A DNA stretch of 64,000 nt from positions 1 through 64,000 of the IMG/VR virus record IMGVR_UViG_2684623176_000004. The stretch is one strand, 5' to 3'. The DNA is from a virus. Taxonomy: Duplodnaviria > Caudoviricetes. The position numbers and the translations under genes are program-made. Numbering within the stretch: the first letter of the stretch is position 1; the number at the start of each line of letters is the position of its first letter. This document shows positions 50,421-59,983 of this stretch, in pieces. The notes under the pieces are model-generated. The model did no database searches and was not told the DNA's origin. It saw nothing but the letters and a program-made list of their open reading frames with translations.

Positions 50421-51218
50421 TTATTGAAACTTGTGTTTATTTTTCAATAGCTCCTCTTTGATTTCCGCGTAGTCTTTCCCCAATTTCACCAAAACTGAGA
50501 TAGTTTTTTCAGCTTGAACCACTTTTTTAAGATCCTCAGTTGTCATTGCATCTCTAAGTGAATCTTTATCATCTAAATCATATACATTCATTAGTTCTTT
50601 TTTGTTTTTATCAAAACAAACTTTATAAACAAGTTGAGTGAAGTTTGTATACGCATGAGCATCCTTCATGTTTCCTTCATAAAATTCCTTAATTGCATCG
50701 GTAAGCTGTTTTCGTTCTGTCCTCGCAATTTCTCTTTTTGCTGCCCAAATAGCAATTTGCTTTGGAGTGGCTTCCTCTACATTTAACAAATAGTGTCTAA
50801 CTGATTTTCCAACTTTGGATTCAGTAAGTAACATTCCTAATCTAAGTAATCCTCTTCGATTAACAATTTGCAAACTTCTGACTTTCGAGCTTATAATTTT
50901 GCGAGGTTCATCATGAACCTGACAAAATTCTTTCAAACTCTTACCTTTTAAAACTCTAATTTCAGCATAATCATTAAATTCATCTCTATTTCTTTTAATG
51001 ACGGTCTTGATCGTATCAACAGGAACCATATAATACTCCGCGGCCATCTCAACTGTAATTTCTGTAGAGTTCCCAAGTAGAGGTACGACCTTTATTCGAT
51101 CCAAAATCTCGTCCCGGTACATGTGCTCCTCTCGGATAGTTCTGTGCTCGAATACGCCCATTTCGTTATTTTCGTTAATAGTTGCTTCAATTTGTTCATT
51201 TTTGTTTTCTTTTTTCAT
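50421..51218 (-). CDS. Antirepressor-like DNA-binding protein
   Basis: TVEMAAEYY.V..DTI...RNRDEF and LRLGMLL.ES.V...VR.YLL motifs. Confidence 0.65.
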   Translation of the reverse strand: MKKENKNEQIEATINENNEMGVFEHRTIREEHMYRDEILDRIKVVPLLGNSTEITVEMAAEYYMVPVDTIKTVIKRNRDEFNDYAEIRVLKGKSLKEFCQVHDEPRKIISSKVRSLQIVNRRGLLRLGMLLTESKVGKSVRHYLLNVEEATPKQIAIWAAKREIARTERKQLTDAIKEFYEGNMKDAHAYTNFTQLVYKVCFDKNKKELMNVYDLDDKDSLRDAMTTEDLKKVVQAEKTISVLVKLGKDYAEIKEELLKNKHKFQ

Positions 51219-51268
51219 CTAATTCACTCTCCACTTATTTTTAATTTAGTTTAAAATGCATCTTTTAA

Positions 51269-51700
51269 TCACTTCTTTGCAGCATAGCTTTCAAAGAATT
51301 CTTCAACTGATCTCAGGTATCGGTATTTATTTGCATCTTCCGGATCTCTAAATCTTTTCGATAGTACCAATGACCAATTAAACATCAATGGAGAAAATCT
51401 CGCCCATTTGCTAAAGCTTAACTGAAGACCTTTCCATTCTCTCCCCGCTAATTCCGCTAACTCTAGAATTTGATCTTCTTTTAAATTTACTTCTTCTTCA
51501 AACATTACTTGAATTTCCTCATATGGTTTATGTCCAAAACAACAGTGGCGTGTTTTCAATCCAATCTTGAAATTCAAAACATCAATTAAATTGGTCATTT
51601 GTGTATCAAGTTCATCATAGGGGATGCCATTTGTAATGAATTTTTCTCTTTGTCCTGCTTTCACATTATTCCTTAATAACAGGGTAGACCTCTTACTCAC
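51269..51700 (-). CDS. Hypothetical protein (YoqC-like)
   Basis: KTRHCCFGH motif; RBS. Confidence 0.6.
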   Translation of the reverse strand: MSKRSTLLLRNNVKAGQREKFITNGIPYDELDTQMTNLIDVLNFKIGLKTRHCCFGHKPYEEIQVMFEEEVNLKEDQILELAELAGREWKGLQLSFSKWARFSPLMFNWSLVLSKRFRDPEDANKYRYLRSVEEFFESYAAKK

Positions 51701-51786
51701 TCCGCGCCCTCCTTAGTAATTTCTCCACCAAACTATAACCGCCCACAACAGGAGTATTAATACTACAATGCCAATTATTCCGTCAT

Positions 51787-51990
51787 TCACTCCGCGTCAA
51801 CCCTCTTTCGCCGCATCGAATTGACAAGCGTTTGAATTTCTCTTGTGATCCGCTCGGCCTCTTTTGCACCTTGATCTATCATATCGAGCCTGTTTCTCTT
51901 TTTGGAAATCACTGCGTCATGCATGACGTTGTTCACCTGTTCGTTCAATTCATCAAACAGATTGAAAAGTTGAATTGATTTGGCTTTCAT
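51787..51990 (-). CDS. Hypothetical protein
   Basis: GGAGG RBS; ATGA coupling. Confidence 0.55.
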   Translation of the reverse strand: MKAKSIQLFNLFDELNEQVNNVMHDAVISKKRNRLDMIDQGAKEAERITREIQTLVNSMRRKRVDAE

Positions 51991-52184
51991 TCCGCGCCCT
52001 CCTCAGTCCAAAACAATCTCTCCTTCGTTATTTTTTCCACTTTATAATTTATGAGGTAGTTATTTTTTGCATATTCCTCTGCATATTTCAATGCAGTTTT
52101 ATCATCATTAGCGCCGAAACTGAAATGCGTCCAACCGAACTTAACTTCGTACCAAAGCTTATATTCAATACGCTTCACTTTCAC
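51987..52184 (-). CDS. Hypothetical protein
   Basis: GGAGG RBS; GTGA coupling. Confidence 0.55.
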   Translation of the reverse strand: MKVKRIEYKLWYEVKFGWTHFSFGANDDKTALKYAEEYAKNNYLINYKVEKITKERLFWTEEGAE

Positions 52185-52459
52185 AATTCCCGCGCCTCCT
52201 TTGGTTCGTCACACATTTCTTTTAACGCCTCCACAAACTCTTTTTCGCTCATGTTCAGCGGTGTGTACCACTTTATAACTTCGTGAAACGGCCGGAGATA
52301 ATTTGCAAGTGTATCTTCAGCATCTTCCCTTCCTTTTGTTGTCCCAGTAAAATTATTTAAATAGTCTTCACGCGTCATATTTATGTGCGTTGGACAGTCT
52401 ACCACTGAACTAAATCGGCAGTACCGTCCATTTGGTTGCTTAGCGATTAATGCACCCAT
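52181..52459 (-). CDS. YopY-like protein
   Basis: MGALIAKQPNGRYCRFSSVVDCPTH. Confidence 0.65.
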   Translation of the reverse strand: MGALIAKQPNGRYCRFSSVVDCPTHINMTREDYLNNFTGTTKGREDAEDTLANYLRPFHEVIKWYTPLNMSEKEFVEALKEMCDEPKEAREL

Positions 52460-52491
52460 GTTATTCCCCCTTATCTTAATCTCTATAAAAC

Positions 52492-52716
52492 TTACATTTT
52501 ATTTTTATTCTGAAAATAATCATGCTGATTTACAACATCTCGAAGTATGTATTGTATTTCCTCTAAATTGTCTTTAACAAAATCTAAGTCTCCAATTGCC
52601 ATTCTGATTTCATTATTCTCTATGCTGCGCAAAGACCTTTCACATGATGCTAAGAGCTTTGCATATTTCCTTAAAACCATAGTTCTTATTTGATTGTTAG
52701 TTGGTTCATTAATCAA
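52492..52716 (-). CDS. Hypothetical protein
   Basis: First gene after a promoter. Confidence 0.55.
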   Translation of the reverse strand: MINEPTNNQIRTMVLRKYAKLLASCERSLRSIENNEIRMAIGDLDFVKDNLEEIQYILRDVVNQHDYFQNKNKM

Positions 52717-52751
52717 TAATTAAAGCTATCTCCCTTCCTTATTCTAATTCG

Positions 52752-52802
52752 ATTATATAACCTCAACCATATGTTGTAAATACTTATTTTATTTTTATTC
52801 TA
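52752..52802 (-). promoter_or_regulatory. SigA-type promoter with SPbeta repeated element
   Basis: GAATAAAAATAAAATA followed by TTTACA-N17-TATAAT. Confidence 0.7.
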
Positions 52803-52824
52803 AATAATTTCAAAAAAATCAGCT

Positions 52825-53070
52825 TTACTCATACTGTAAAGCTGCTGTCTTCATAAACGTCTTCATGCCGTCTAGTTTCCAAAGAGTTTCATTTATTTTG
52901 TCTCTAAATTCTAAAACTGAAGCATGATCCATTCTAATCCTCAAACAATCCCCATTGTTTTTAAAAATAATGTCTATGTAATACTCTCCACTTTGTATGT
53001 TCTTAGAACCCACACTCATGGAAACTGATCTCATAATGTCTTTCAAGTCAATTTCAAGATTAAAATCCAT
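52825..53070 (-). CDS. Hypothetical protein
   Basis: ORF with GGAG RBS. Confidence 0.55.
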   Translation of the reverse strand: MDFNLEIDLKDIMRSVSMSVGSKNIQSGEYYIDIIFKNNGDCLRIRMDHASVLEFRDKINETLWKLDGMKTFMKTAALQYE

Positions 53071-53144
53071 TGTATGCTCCAGTCTGACTAAAAAGTCACC
53101 AATTTTTTATGTCTCATGATGACTGACAAGATGTTTATGTATTT

Positions 53145-53444
53145 TTACTTTGATGATAACAATTGTGAAGATTTATAATCCTCATTTTCAAACGAATCGT
53201 CTATTTCTTCGGCATAAGAGGTTGTTAATTCAGCATCCTCTGTACACATGATATCTACATCAAATAGTGCCTCATATTTTTCTTGATCTTTTTGAAGAAA
53301 CCCCATTTTTCCTGTTTTATTTCTCAATTTCTTTTTAATTGATTGATATGCGAACAAAAGTGCTTCCTCTTCATTCTTGGCTTTTATTCTGCCGAAAAAA
53401 GGAATGCACAGCTCCCCTTGAATGAAATAATCCTTTTCTGACAT
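53145..53444 (-). CDS. Hypothetical protein
   Basis: ORF with RBS. Confidence 0.6.
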   Translation of the reverse strand: MSEKDYFIQGELCIPFFGRIKAKNEEEALLFAYQSIKKKLRNKTGKMGFLQKDQEKYEALFDVDIMCTEDAELTTSYAEEIDDSFENEDYKSSQLLSSK

Positions 53445-53473
53445 ACGTTTCCCTCTCTCTGGTAGTAATTAAC

Positions 53474-53487
53474 CGAACTTACGTTCC
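53474..53487. promoter_or_regulatory. LexA/DinR SOS box
   Basis: CGAACTTACGTTCC matches GAAC-N4-GTTC in a divergent promoter region. Confidence 0.6.
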
Positions 53488-53609
53488 CTTTTTTGTTGAC
53501 TTAATTATAACCTTTTACCTAGTTAGTGGCAAATCTTTTTTCTTTCATTTAAAAACTTGGAAAGAATTGATATAGTATGATAAGCAATACTATAACAGGA
53601 GGTTGTCCG

Positions 53610-53831
53610 ATGCTTGAGGTTGAAATCGGACAATGTTTGATATCCATTCTCCTTGAAAGTAGAGGAATGTCCCTAGGGCAACTTTCGGATCTAACAGGCA
53701 TCAGTAAGCAAAGGTTAAGTGATTACGCTAATGGCGTTAGACCTTCTATGAATATAAAAACAGCGAGAATCATTGCGATTGCCCTTAACTGTTCGATTGA
53801 AGACCTCTATGAATGGAAAATCAAACATTGA
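53610..53831 (+). CDS. yopS: XRE-family HTH regulator (YopS-like)
   Basis: AGGAGG RBS; HTH_3 pattern; hairpin at 53838-53860. Confidence 0.75.
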   Translation: MLEVEIGQCLISILLESRGMSLGQLSDLTGISKQRLSDYANGVRPSMNIKTARIIAIALNCSIEDLYEWKIKH

Positions 53832-54051
53832 CTTAATCGCTAGGGAGTTTGACCTAGCGAACCTCCTTGTACCCTTTTTAGTGTATAGAACTATTTTACT
53901 GCATATGTACAGATTTGTCTCTGTCTAACTTTGTCGAATTCTGAAAAATATGAACAAAATCCTGATATTTTTTTAAAAATATCACGAGTTAATTCATATT
54001 GTTTTTATTTTTACTCTAAAAGTTATGTAAAGTTAATCCCTGTAACAGGGA

Positions 54052-55035
54052 TTAAGAATTAGTCTCAATTACTTCAGACTTGATACAATATTTTTCTAAG
54101 TTCTCCATATTCACTACTTTCCTCAGTGATTGTGAATTAAACTCTGCGTCTTCATTCAGGAACCCATATTGTCGAGTTATTTTTTTATAATCAGGTACTT
54201 TTAACTCACCCTTCTCTTTGTATATCTCATACGCCATGTTGAGCTTTCCTGAGTTGATAAGATTCTTAGGTGAAAAGAAGGGTTCTTCTAAAAATTTTTG
54301 AAACTGACTAAAAGAACGGTGAACTAAAAATTTGTCAGCTTTCATACTCTGATTAGAACTCTTATATTTTAGCCTAAAAATATTTTCACTTTTAACTAAT
54401 GTGGCAAATTTGTTTTTAAGACCACTATCTGGCGAACCATTGCTAAGATGATATGTTCTTTGGTCATTAGCACGCTTAAGCAACTCATAACATTTATCGC
54501 TTACAGTAATTATTCTTACACCATGTTTATCATCTACCAGCTTTACCTTGTTATCATCGAGTAAATCGTCACCTGTTAAATTCAGTAACTCTGAATGCTG
54601 ATAACCATCTATACCTTCATAAATAGCCTGTATCATGGCCTTATCCTGATAATTAACCATAAAATCAACATACTCTTCTACTTCTTTATTGGTGAATAGT
54701 GTTTTTTTGTTTTTATCTATAAACTGCTTTAAGTCACCATCCTGTATCTGATACACTTTGTTGATGTTACTGTTTGCCAAGCCATTTTCCATTGCCCAGG
54801 TTGTGTATTGTCCAATTACAGCTCGTGCTCCTCTTAATGAGTCTATAGATTTGCTATCCAAATCGAAAAATAACGTACGCAGCTCTTCCAAAGAAAAATT
54901 AAATATGTCTTTTTGAAGTATTTTTTCTGTAGCTGAGAAATCCCTTAGCCTTAGCCAATAATGGTTTCTTGTTGCTTCACTTTCGTATTTCTCTAAAAAC
55001 TTTTCCTTCAATTCAGCATTATACATTTCACTCAT
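54052..55035 (-). CDS. yopR: Master repressor with a degenerate tyrosine-recombinase fold (YopR/MrpR/SroF-like)
   Basis: [12 protein letters not shown]-terminus; YEGI in place of catalytic box I; synteny. Confidence 0.85.
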   Translation of the reverse strand: MSEMYNAELKEKFLEKYESEATRNHYWLRLRDFSATEKILQKDIFNFSLEELRTLFFDLDSKSIDSLRGARAVIGQYTTWAMENGLANSNINKVYQIQDGDLKQFIDKNKKTLFTNKEVEEYVDFMVNYQDKAMIQAIYEGIDGYQHSELLNLTGDDLLDDNKVKLVDDKHGVRIITVSDKCYELLKRANDQRTYHLSNGSPDSGLKNKFATLVKSENIFRLKYKSSNQSMKADKFLVHRSFSQFQKFLEEPFFSPKNLINSGKLNMAYEIYKEKGELKVPDYKKITRQYGFLNEDAEFNSQSLRKVVNMENLEKYCIKSEVIETNS

Positions 55036-55054
55036 ATTAATTCTCCTTTAGGCT

Positions 55055-56404
55055 TTAAACAACAGCAATTTCATCATAAAATATTCGCTTAAGTTTCTTC
55101 TTCATAACATTCTTTAGTTGAATCTCATTATTTTGTCTTCCTAATTCTTCAAACACTCTTCCGCTTTTACTAAAGTCAATTGTATTAAGGATACTTTCAA
55201 GCTTGTCTAGTTCTATATTGTTTTCCTTCATCTTCTTGGCCAAATAAACATAACCGTAAAACATTACATTATGATTAATGTATGATTGCTTTCTAATGGA
55301 CGATAAATCATCTTCAAGAAATTCATCTGGGAAGGCATAAAAAAGGTTATCAAAAAAGTCAACCAGGTATTTTGAAATTTTTAATGCATCTTTTCGAGAT
55401 TTCAACTCAAATGCATCGTCTATAGCTTCGGATAAAGTGTAATATGTCACAAGGAAATTGCTATCAAGACCAATGTCACTTTGTGGGCTTATTTTATTTT
55501 TAAGTTCACTTTTAAATTTCAGCTGCTCGACAACGGTTGAAGAATACCGTTTTTGTCCTAATTCTTCAATTCTGGATTTTTCAACCGGGTTTATTGTATT
55601 CATTTGAGCAAAGTGAACCTTAGCCTTTTCTTCATCGTAATTGAGCACATTTAAAATGAATGGTTGATCTAATTCAGGGACTTCAGCAATGGCCTTAACA
55701 ATACCTGAAATTCGATGGTACCCATCTAGAGCATCTAATAAGGTTCCTCGCGTTACAGTGAGTGTTTGGTCGCTTGGATCATATTCAACTTCTTCATCAC
55801 CATCAGATGTTCCAAGACGAGCATTAAAAGTTAACATTGATACAATTAAATCGCCTTTGATAAACAATTCTTTGATCTCATCAACTGATTTAGGGTTTGT
55901 TTTAGGTACAGGGATAAGACTGCCCTTAATGTACTTTCCTTCACGCTGAGTGTTGTAATTGTACTGCAGGATGGAGCTATTATATAACTCACTAAGTTCC
56001 TTGGCAGTAATGGAAGTGACATAGTTATCCTCTTTAATTTTAATCACATTTTTGAACTTGTATGGTAGCTTAACTACTTCTTCACCGGCGAATACTCTCC
56101 CACCTTCAAGCTCTTTTGCCAATCTGGTTGGAAAATAATTTGAGGGATCTAAAGCTGGAGCCCCAAGAATTGAATACATCTCTTTTGAAACAATGTACAC
56201 TTCTTTTTCGTTTAAACGCTGTACGTTGTTATCATTATTATTTAAAATTTCTTGGATATAACCAGGGAGTGCCTTGTATTTGTCCGCCATTGTGGCTTTT
56301 AATTCCTTCACCATATTGGAATCATTTTTAATATCAATAAGATTTTTCTCTATTTCAGTTTTTAACTTATAAAGTTTATCCGTTGTTAACAAAACTTCAG
56401 ACAC
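55055..56404 (-). CDS. yopQ: DGQHR/ParB-like domain protein (YopQ/SroE-like)
   Basis: TQR and LDGYHR motifs; synteny. Confidence 0.8.
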   Translation of the reverse strand: MSEVLLTTDKLYKLKTEIEKNLIDIKNDSNMVKELKATMADKYKALPGYIQEILNNNDNNVQRLNEKEVYIVSKEMYSILGAPALDPSNYFPTRLAKELEGGRVFAGEEVVKLPYKFKNVIKIKEDNYVTSITAKELSELYNSSILQYNYNTQREGKYIKGSLIPVPKTNPKSVDEIKELFIKGDLIVSMLTFNARLGTSDGDEEVEYDPSDQTLTVTRGTLLDALDGYHRISGIVKAIAEVPELDQPFILNVLNYDEEKAKVHFAQMNTINPVEKSRIEELGQKRYSSTVVEQLKFKSELKNKISPQSDIGLDSNFLVTYYTLSEAIDDAFELKSRKDALKISKYLVDFFDNLFYAFPDEFLEDDLSSIRKQSYINHNVMFYGYVYLAKKMKENNIELDKLESILNTIDFSKSGRVFEELGRQNNEIQLKNVMKKKLKRIFYDEIAVV

Positions 56405-56480
56405 ATTATCACCTCACATAATCATATTAAATTTATCATTATTTTCATAAGCAAGTAAAGCTTTTATATGATTATTTGTG

Positions 56481-57539
56481 TCACTTGTTCAAAAACATTT
56501 TAAGTTTACTCTGTATATACATGTCTGATTTTAAAAAGAATTCTTTATACTGCTCTAAGGTAACATCATCTAAAAAAGACATGTCTTCTTTTTGATCAAC
56601 CAAAACCCCTGGATCTTGAGAATAATCCCTTTCATTGACCAAATAATGGTCATTTAAAGTATTGATATTGCTGTGACCAGAGAACGCTGCCACTTTTTTA
56701 ATATCACCATTAACGCTGTAAGAAAAGTTTGTTGCAGTATTGCGTAAACTATGCGGAGTTATCTTTCTTTCTTTGGGAATACCCATAACTCTACATACGC
56801 GATTCCACATATCCTGTATTGAATCAACTGTTAACTTATGAAATAACAGTTCATGCTCCCCATACTCTTGCTTCAACATCAGCAACTCTTCATAAAAAGC
56901 CGTGGAAATTCCAACTGGCCTAGCCTTTTTTTGCTTAGTTTTTTTAAAGTTGACGAGATAACATTGGTGCTTTTCTGAATAAGTAATATCATCCCACCCA
57001 ACTCTAAGCACCTCTGACTTACGCCCTCCAGTACGTGCACTAAACAAAATAAACATCTTTTTCATTAATCTGTTCTGACGCTCAGTAACATACGCTGCCT
57101 CAGCAAATTCATCAGCTTCAGATATTCCTTCAAAAGACCCTGCTGGGTTCTTTTCTGTTGGAAGAGGTCTAAAATTAAATACAGATGCGTCACACTCATG
57201 TTCAGACTCAAGATACTTAATCATACTTTTCAGTGCGGCAATCTTATTGTTAATTGTTGAATTGGAGTTACTTTTATTTTTAGCCAAATGGGTTCGATAA
57301 TCATACAGGTCACTCTTCTTGATCGCCAGGTCACTCTCAGTTAAGTATTCAATATCCTTGGCAGCATAGTGGTTGAAAAACTCTCTTACATGCCTTTCAT
57401 ACGTGGCTCTAGTATTAGACTTTTCAATTTCTCCAGTTTCTCGATCCCTGTTTCTTAAATCTAATTCATCAAACCACCTATTTATGTTGTTGAATATTGA
57501 ATAATCCCTTAGTGTTGACGCTTTCTTTTGAGCTTCCAT
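56481..57539 (-). CDS. yopP: Tyrosine recombinase (YopP/SroD-like), catalytic residues intact
   Basis: TGGRKSE, KTK, HSLR, GHS and DHY give the R-K-H-R-H-Y set. Confidence 0.85.
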   Translation of the reverse strand: MEAQKKASTLRDYSIFNNINRWFDELDLRNRDRETGEIEKSNTRATYERHVREFFNHYAAKDIEYLTESDLAIKKSDLYDYRTHLAKNKSNSNSTINNKIAALKSMIKYLESEHECDASVFNFRPLPTEKNPAGSFEGISEADEFAEAAYVTERQNRLMKKMFILFSARTGGRKSEVLRVGWDDITYSEKHQCYLVNFKKTKQKKARPVGISTAFYEELLMLKQEYGEHELLFHKLTVDSIQDMWNRVCRVMGIPKERKITPHSLRNTATNFSYSVNGDIKKVAAFSGHSNINTLNDHYLVNERDYSQDPGVLVDQKEDMSFLDDVTLEQYKEFFLKSDMYIQSKLKMFLNK

Positions 57540-57548
57540 AATGACACC

Positions 57549-57713
57549 TCATATCATTTTTTTCATTAAGTATTGATCAAATTCTTTCCACGCAACAATC
57601 CATTCATTTTCACCTTGAATATTACTAAGCAGCATTATATTGGCGTTACAGATTTCCATTTGCTTTAACATGTCGTATTCTTTAAGAGCGTTAATTAAGA
57701 TGTCTGTATTCAT
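57549..57713 (-). CDS. 54-aa protein of the sro operon
   Basis: AGGTG RBS; MNTDILINALKEY... Confidence 0.6.
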   Translation of the reverse strand: MNTDILINALKEYDMLKQMEICNANIMLLSNIQGENEWIVAWKEFDQYLMKKMI

Positions 57714-57751
57714 TTTATCACACCTAATTTATTTTTATCCTATAATAAAAT

Positions 57752-57982
57752 TCAGTTTAGGACATTTACCCTTTCGTCCTTACAGACGTTTATAATTGGC
57801 ATCCCCGTCAATTCCTCATAAAGTTCCTCTTCGAATCCAACCCATTCATCACTTGTCGCTTCTCTTCGTAAGAACTCATTATAAGCAACTGCTATCTCAG
57901 GCTGCTCTAGAAACTTTAAAACGATCATATGCTTTTTCCAAACTTTAGCCTTGTTTTCTTCTGTATAATATTTATTATTCAT
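57752..57982 (-). CDS. phi3T_93/SroB-like lysis-lysogeny protein
   Basis: MNNKYYTEENKAKVWKKHMIVLKFL...; position downstream of aimX. Confidence 0.65.
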   Translation of the reverse strand: MNNKYYTEENKAKVWKKHMIVLKFLEQPEIAVAYNEFLRREATSDEWVGFEEELYEELTGMPIINVCKDERVNVLN

Positions 57983-57996
57983 TTTATTTTTACTCC

Positions 57997-58209
57997 TCAA
58001 ATACATTTTATAGAATTTTTTTGTTCTTTAATGAGGTTGTATTCTTTATGATTTTTTCTCATTGTAGTTACATTATTAGGTGTAAACACATCTGGATCCT
58101 CTAGGTGGAGATTGACTCGTGTGAAGTTCTTTAGTTGTTTTATGTATTGATATTGTCTTAATGATGTAATCTTCAACTCTTCCTTTTGAGTGGCACTGGT
58201 TGTTTCCAT
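57997..58209 (-). CDS. First gene of the sro operon (YopM/SroA position)
   Basis: GGGAG RBS; follows a promoter. Confidence 0.55.
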   Translation of the reverse strand: METTSATQKEELKITSLRQYQYIKQLKNFTRVNLHLEDPDVFTPNNVTTMRKNHKEYNLIKEQKNSIKCI

Positions 58210-58245
58210 TGTTTCATCTCCCAACAACGTTCATCTTGTAACTTC

Positions 58246-58296
58246 ATTATATATGTTGCTACAATAATATGCAATAATTTATTTTATTTTTATTCA
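58246..58296 (-). promoter_or_regulatory. SigA-type promoter of the sro operon with SPbeta repeated element
   Basis: GAATAAAAATAAAATA followed by TTGCAT-N17-TATAAT. Confidence 0.72.
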
Positions 58297-58358
58297 CGAC
58301 AAATAACACATCCTCTATGTATGTGTTAAAATGTCTGCTGATTTGTCTTTAATCCTCA

Positions 58359-58514
58359 TTAGGATACCTTTGCTTTATATTTTGATCTAATCATTTCTGC
58401 TTCATTTTCAAGATGATTATCTTCCTGGGAAATTTCTAAATTAATATCTCCCATTTCCATGTACCCTTTGGCCATTTCCTCATAAGAAAGTGCTTGCCCG
58501 AAATGCTTTTTCAT
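58359..58514 (-). CDS. aimX: AimX (51 aa)
   Basis: MKKHFGQALSYEEMAKGYMEMGDINLEISQEDNHLENEAEMIRSKYKAKVS, similar to phi3T AimX; not in the ORF track. Confidence 0.88.
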   Translation of the reverse strand: MKKHFGQALSYEEMAKGYMEMGDINLEISQEDNHLENEAEMIRSKYKAKVS

Positions 58515-58576
58515 TTTAATTCCCCCATGTTCTTGTTTTTTATATTATGAATTTCTGGAACATTCTCTTAAAATTA

Positions 58577-58609
58577 GAAAAGACGCCTGATCCAGTGGAT
58601 CAAACGTCT
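58577..58609 (-). terminator. Terminator between aimP and aimX
   Basis: agacg..tgatcc-agt-ggatca..cgtct hairpin with U-tract on the minus strand. Confidence 0.7.
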
Positions 58610-58641
58610 AACCATTGATTATGTAGTATTCTGTTGTATTA

Positions 58642-58773
58642 TTAAGCTCCCCGAATTGCACTTGCTACAGAGATCTCATCAGAAGCTGATGCCGTATTAA
58701 CTGAATGTTGACCTGCAATGAATGAAATTGCTAATGCTGCTAAAATGGCTGTACCGAAAATAATTTTCTTCAT
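58642..58773 (-). CDS. aimP: Arbitrium propeptide AimP (43 aa), mature peptide SAIRGA
   Basis: MKKIIFGTAILAALAISFIAGQHSVNTASASDEISVASAIRGA; AAGGAGGTG RBS. Confidence 0.95.
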   Translation of the reverse strand: MKKIIFGTAILAALAISFIAGQHSVNTASASDEISVASAIRGA

Positions 58774-58802
58774 TAAATTCACCTCCTTTCAAGTGCTAAA
58801 TT

Positions 58803-59942
58803 CTAAATTAAATTTAACAGCTCCGGATCACAGCCTAATTTTTCGAGTTCTATTATTGTTAATTGGATAAAATATTTATCATCTGATTTTTTGAAATATG
58901 TTATTGATTTATAAAAATCAGATTTTTGTTTTGATATCAAACCTTTATAATAAAAATAAAATCCTAATTCGTTTTCATCTTGATCCCTATTTGATAAGCT
59001 TTCCAATAATTCGTTGGCCTTGTCGAGATTATTATTTTTTATGTAATAAAAAGCCCTAAGCTGCTGATATTTGATATCGTCTGATTCATAGTTAACCCAT
59101 GGATTTTCCTTGTTCCATACATTAGCCAGGAAGCAAAGAGCACCATTTAGCATTTCTTTATGGGTATCATTATGAACATACTTCTTTGCCTCAATATACG
59201 CCAGCATAGCTTCTTCATAGTTTTCGAAAATTAGAGTGTTTCCTATTGTCAGATGCGCAAAAAAACATATTCGTTTCACATTGGACTGCATTATTGCAAA
59301 ATTTGAATGTTTCCTCGCTTCGATTAAATTGTTTTCATTTAAGCTTATATTCGCTTGTAACATTGACACTCTACTTTTGTACGAATCTTTTATAAATCCT
59401 TCTGGCAAGCTTCTAAAATCTAAAAGTGTTAAAGTGCTTTTCATCAATCCAAACTCACCAATATTCAAGTATTTGTACATTAGCATTGCATCTGAGAAAA
59501 ATGACATTTCTGGAGCTTTACATCTCCCACACTCTCTTATTGCTTCTGGTATTGAGATTTGGTTTTTATATAGCTTTCTATGTATGTTGTAGATGTTTCC
59601 CCATTCTTGACTTGTTGTGTTTTTTGAGTTACTTAAATTTAATATAATCTTGTCAGTTAACGAATCCCATTGATTTATATCAGAGTATTCAACAGATTGT
59701 CTAGCACATTTTTTGTTGGGATCCAATGTTAAGAAGTAATCACTTAGAAGCTGCTCTTCATTATCAGGAAACAAGTTTTTAACAATCTTAATTAAACCGC
59801 CTAAGTTGTCCATTTCTTTCTCTGGGGTGTTAATGAACTTGTAAAAACCATTAACCTTTTCGTATCCTGCCATTTTTGACAGTTTCGTTGCGAGTTGGTT
59901 GTCTTTTTCACATTCATTCTTAATCATCTGCTTAAGATTCAT
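58803..59942 (-). CDS. aimR: Arbitrium receptor AimR (phi3T-type)
   Basis: MIKNECEKDNQLA..GYEKVNGFYKF N-terminus and TPR repeats; adjacent to aimP. Confidence 0.95.
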   Translation of the reverse strand: MNLKQMIKNECEKDNQLATKLSKMAGYEKVNGFYKFINTPEKEMDNLGGLIKIVKNLFPDNEEQLLSDYFLTLDPNKKCARQSVEYSDINQWDSLTDKIILNLSNSKNTTSQEWGNIYNIHRKLYKNQISIPEAIRECGRCKAPEMSFFSDAMLMYKYLNIGEFGLMKSTLTLLDFRSLPEGFIKDSYKSRVSMLQANISLNENNLIEARKHSNFAIMQSNVKRICFFAHLTIGNTLIFENYEEAMLAYIEAKKYVHNDTHKEMLNGALCFLANVWNKENPWVNYESDDIKYQQLRAFYYIKNNNLDKANELLESLSNRDQDENELGFYFYYKGLISKQKSDFYKSITYFKKSDDKYFIQLTIIELEKLGCDPELLNLI

Positions 59943-59983
59943 TGGTTACTCCACCCCTTCCCAACTAATGTTCCCTTGTTTAT

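Noticed and set aside
54052-55035. YopR-like protein as the prophage integrase
   Set aside because: Catalytic R and HxxR motifs are missing and it is far from att; it fits the repressor role
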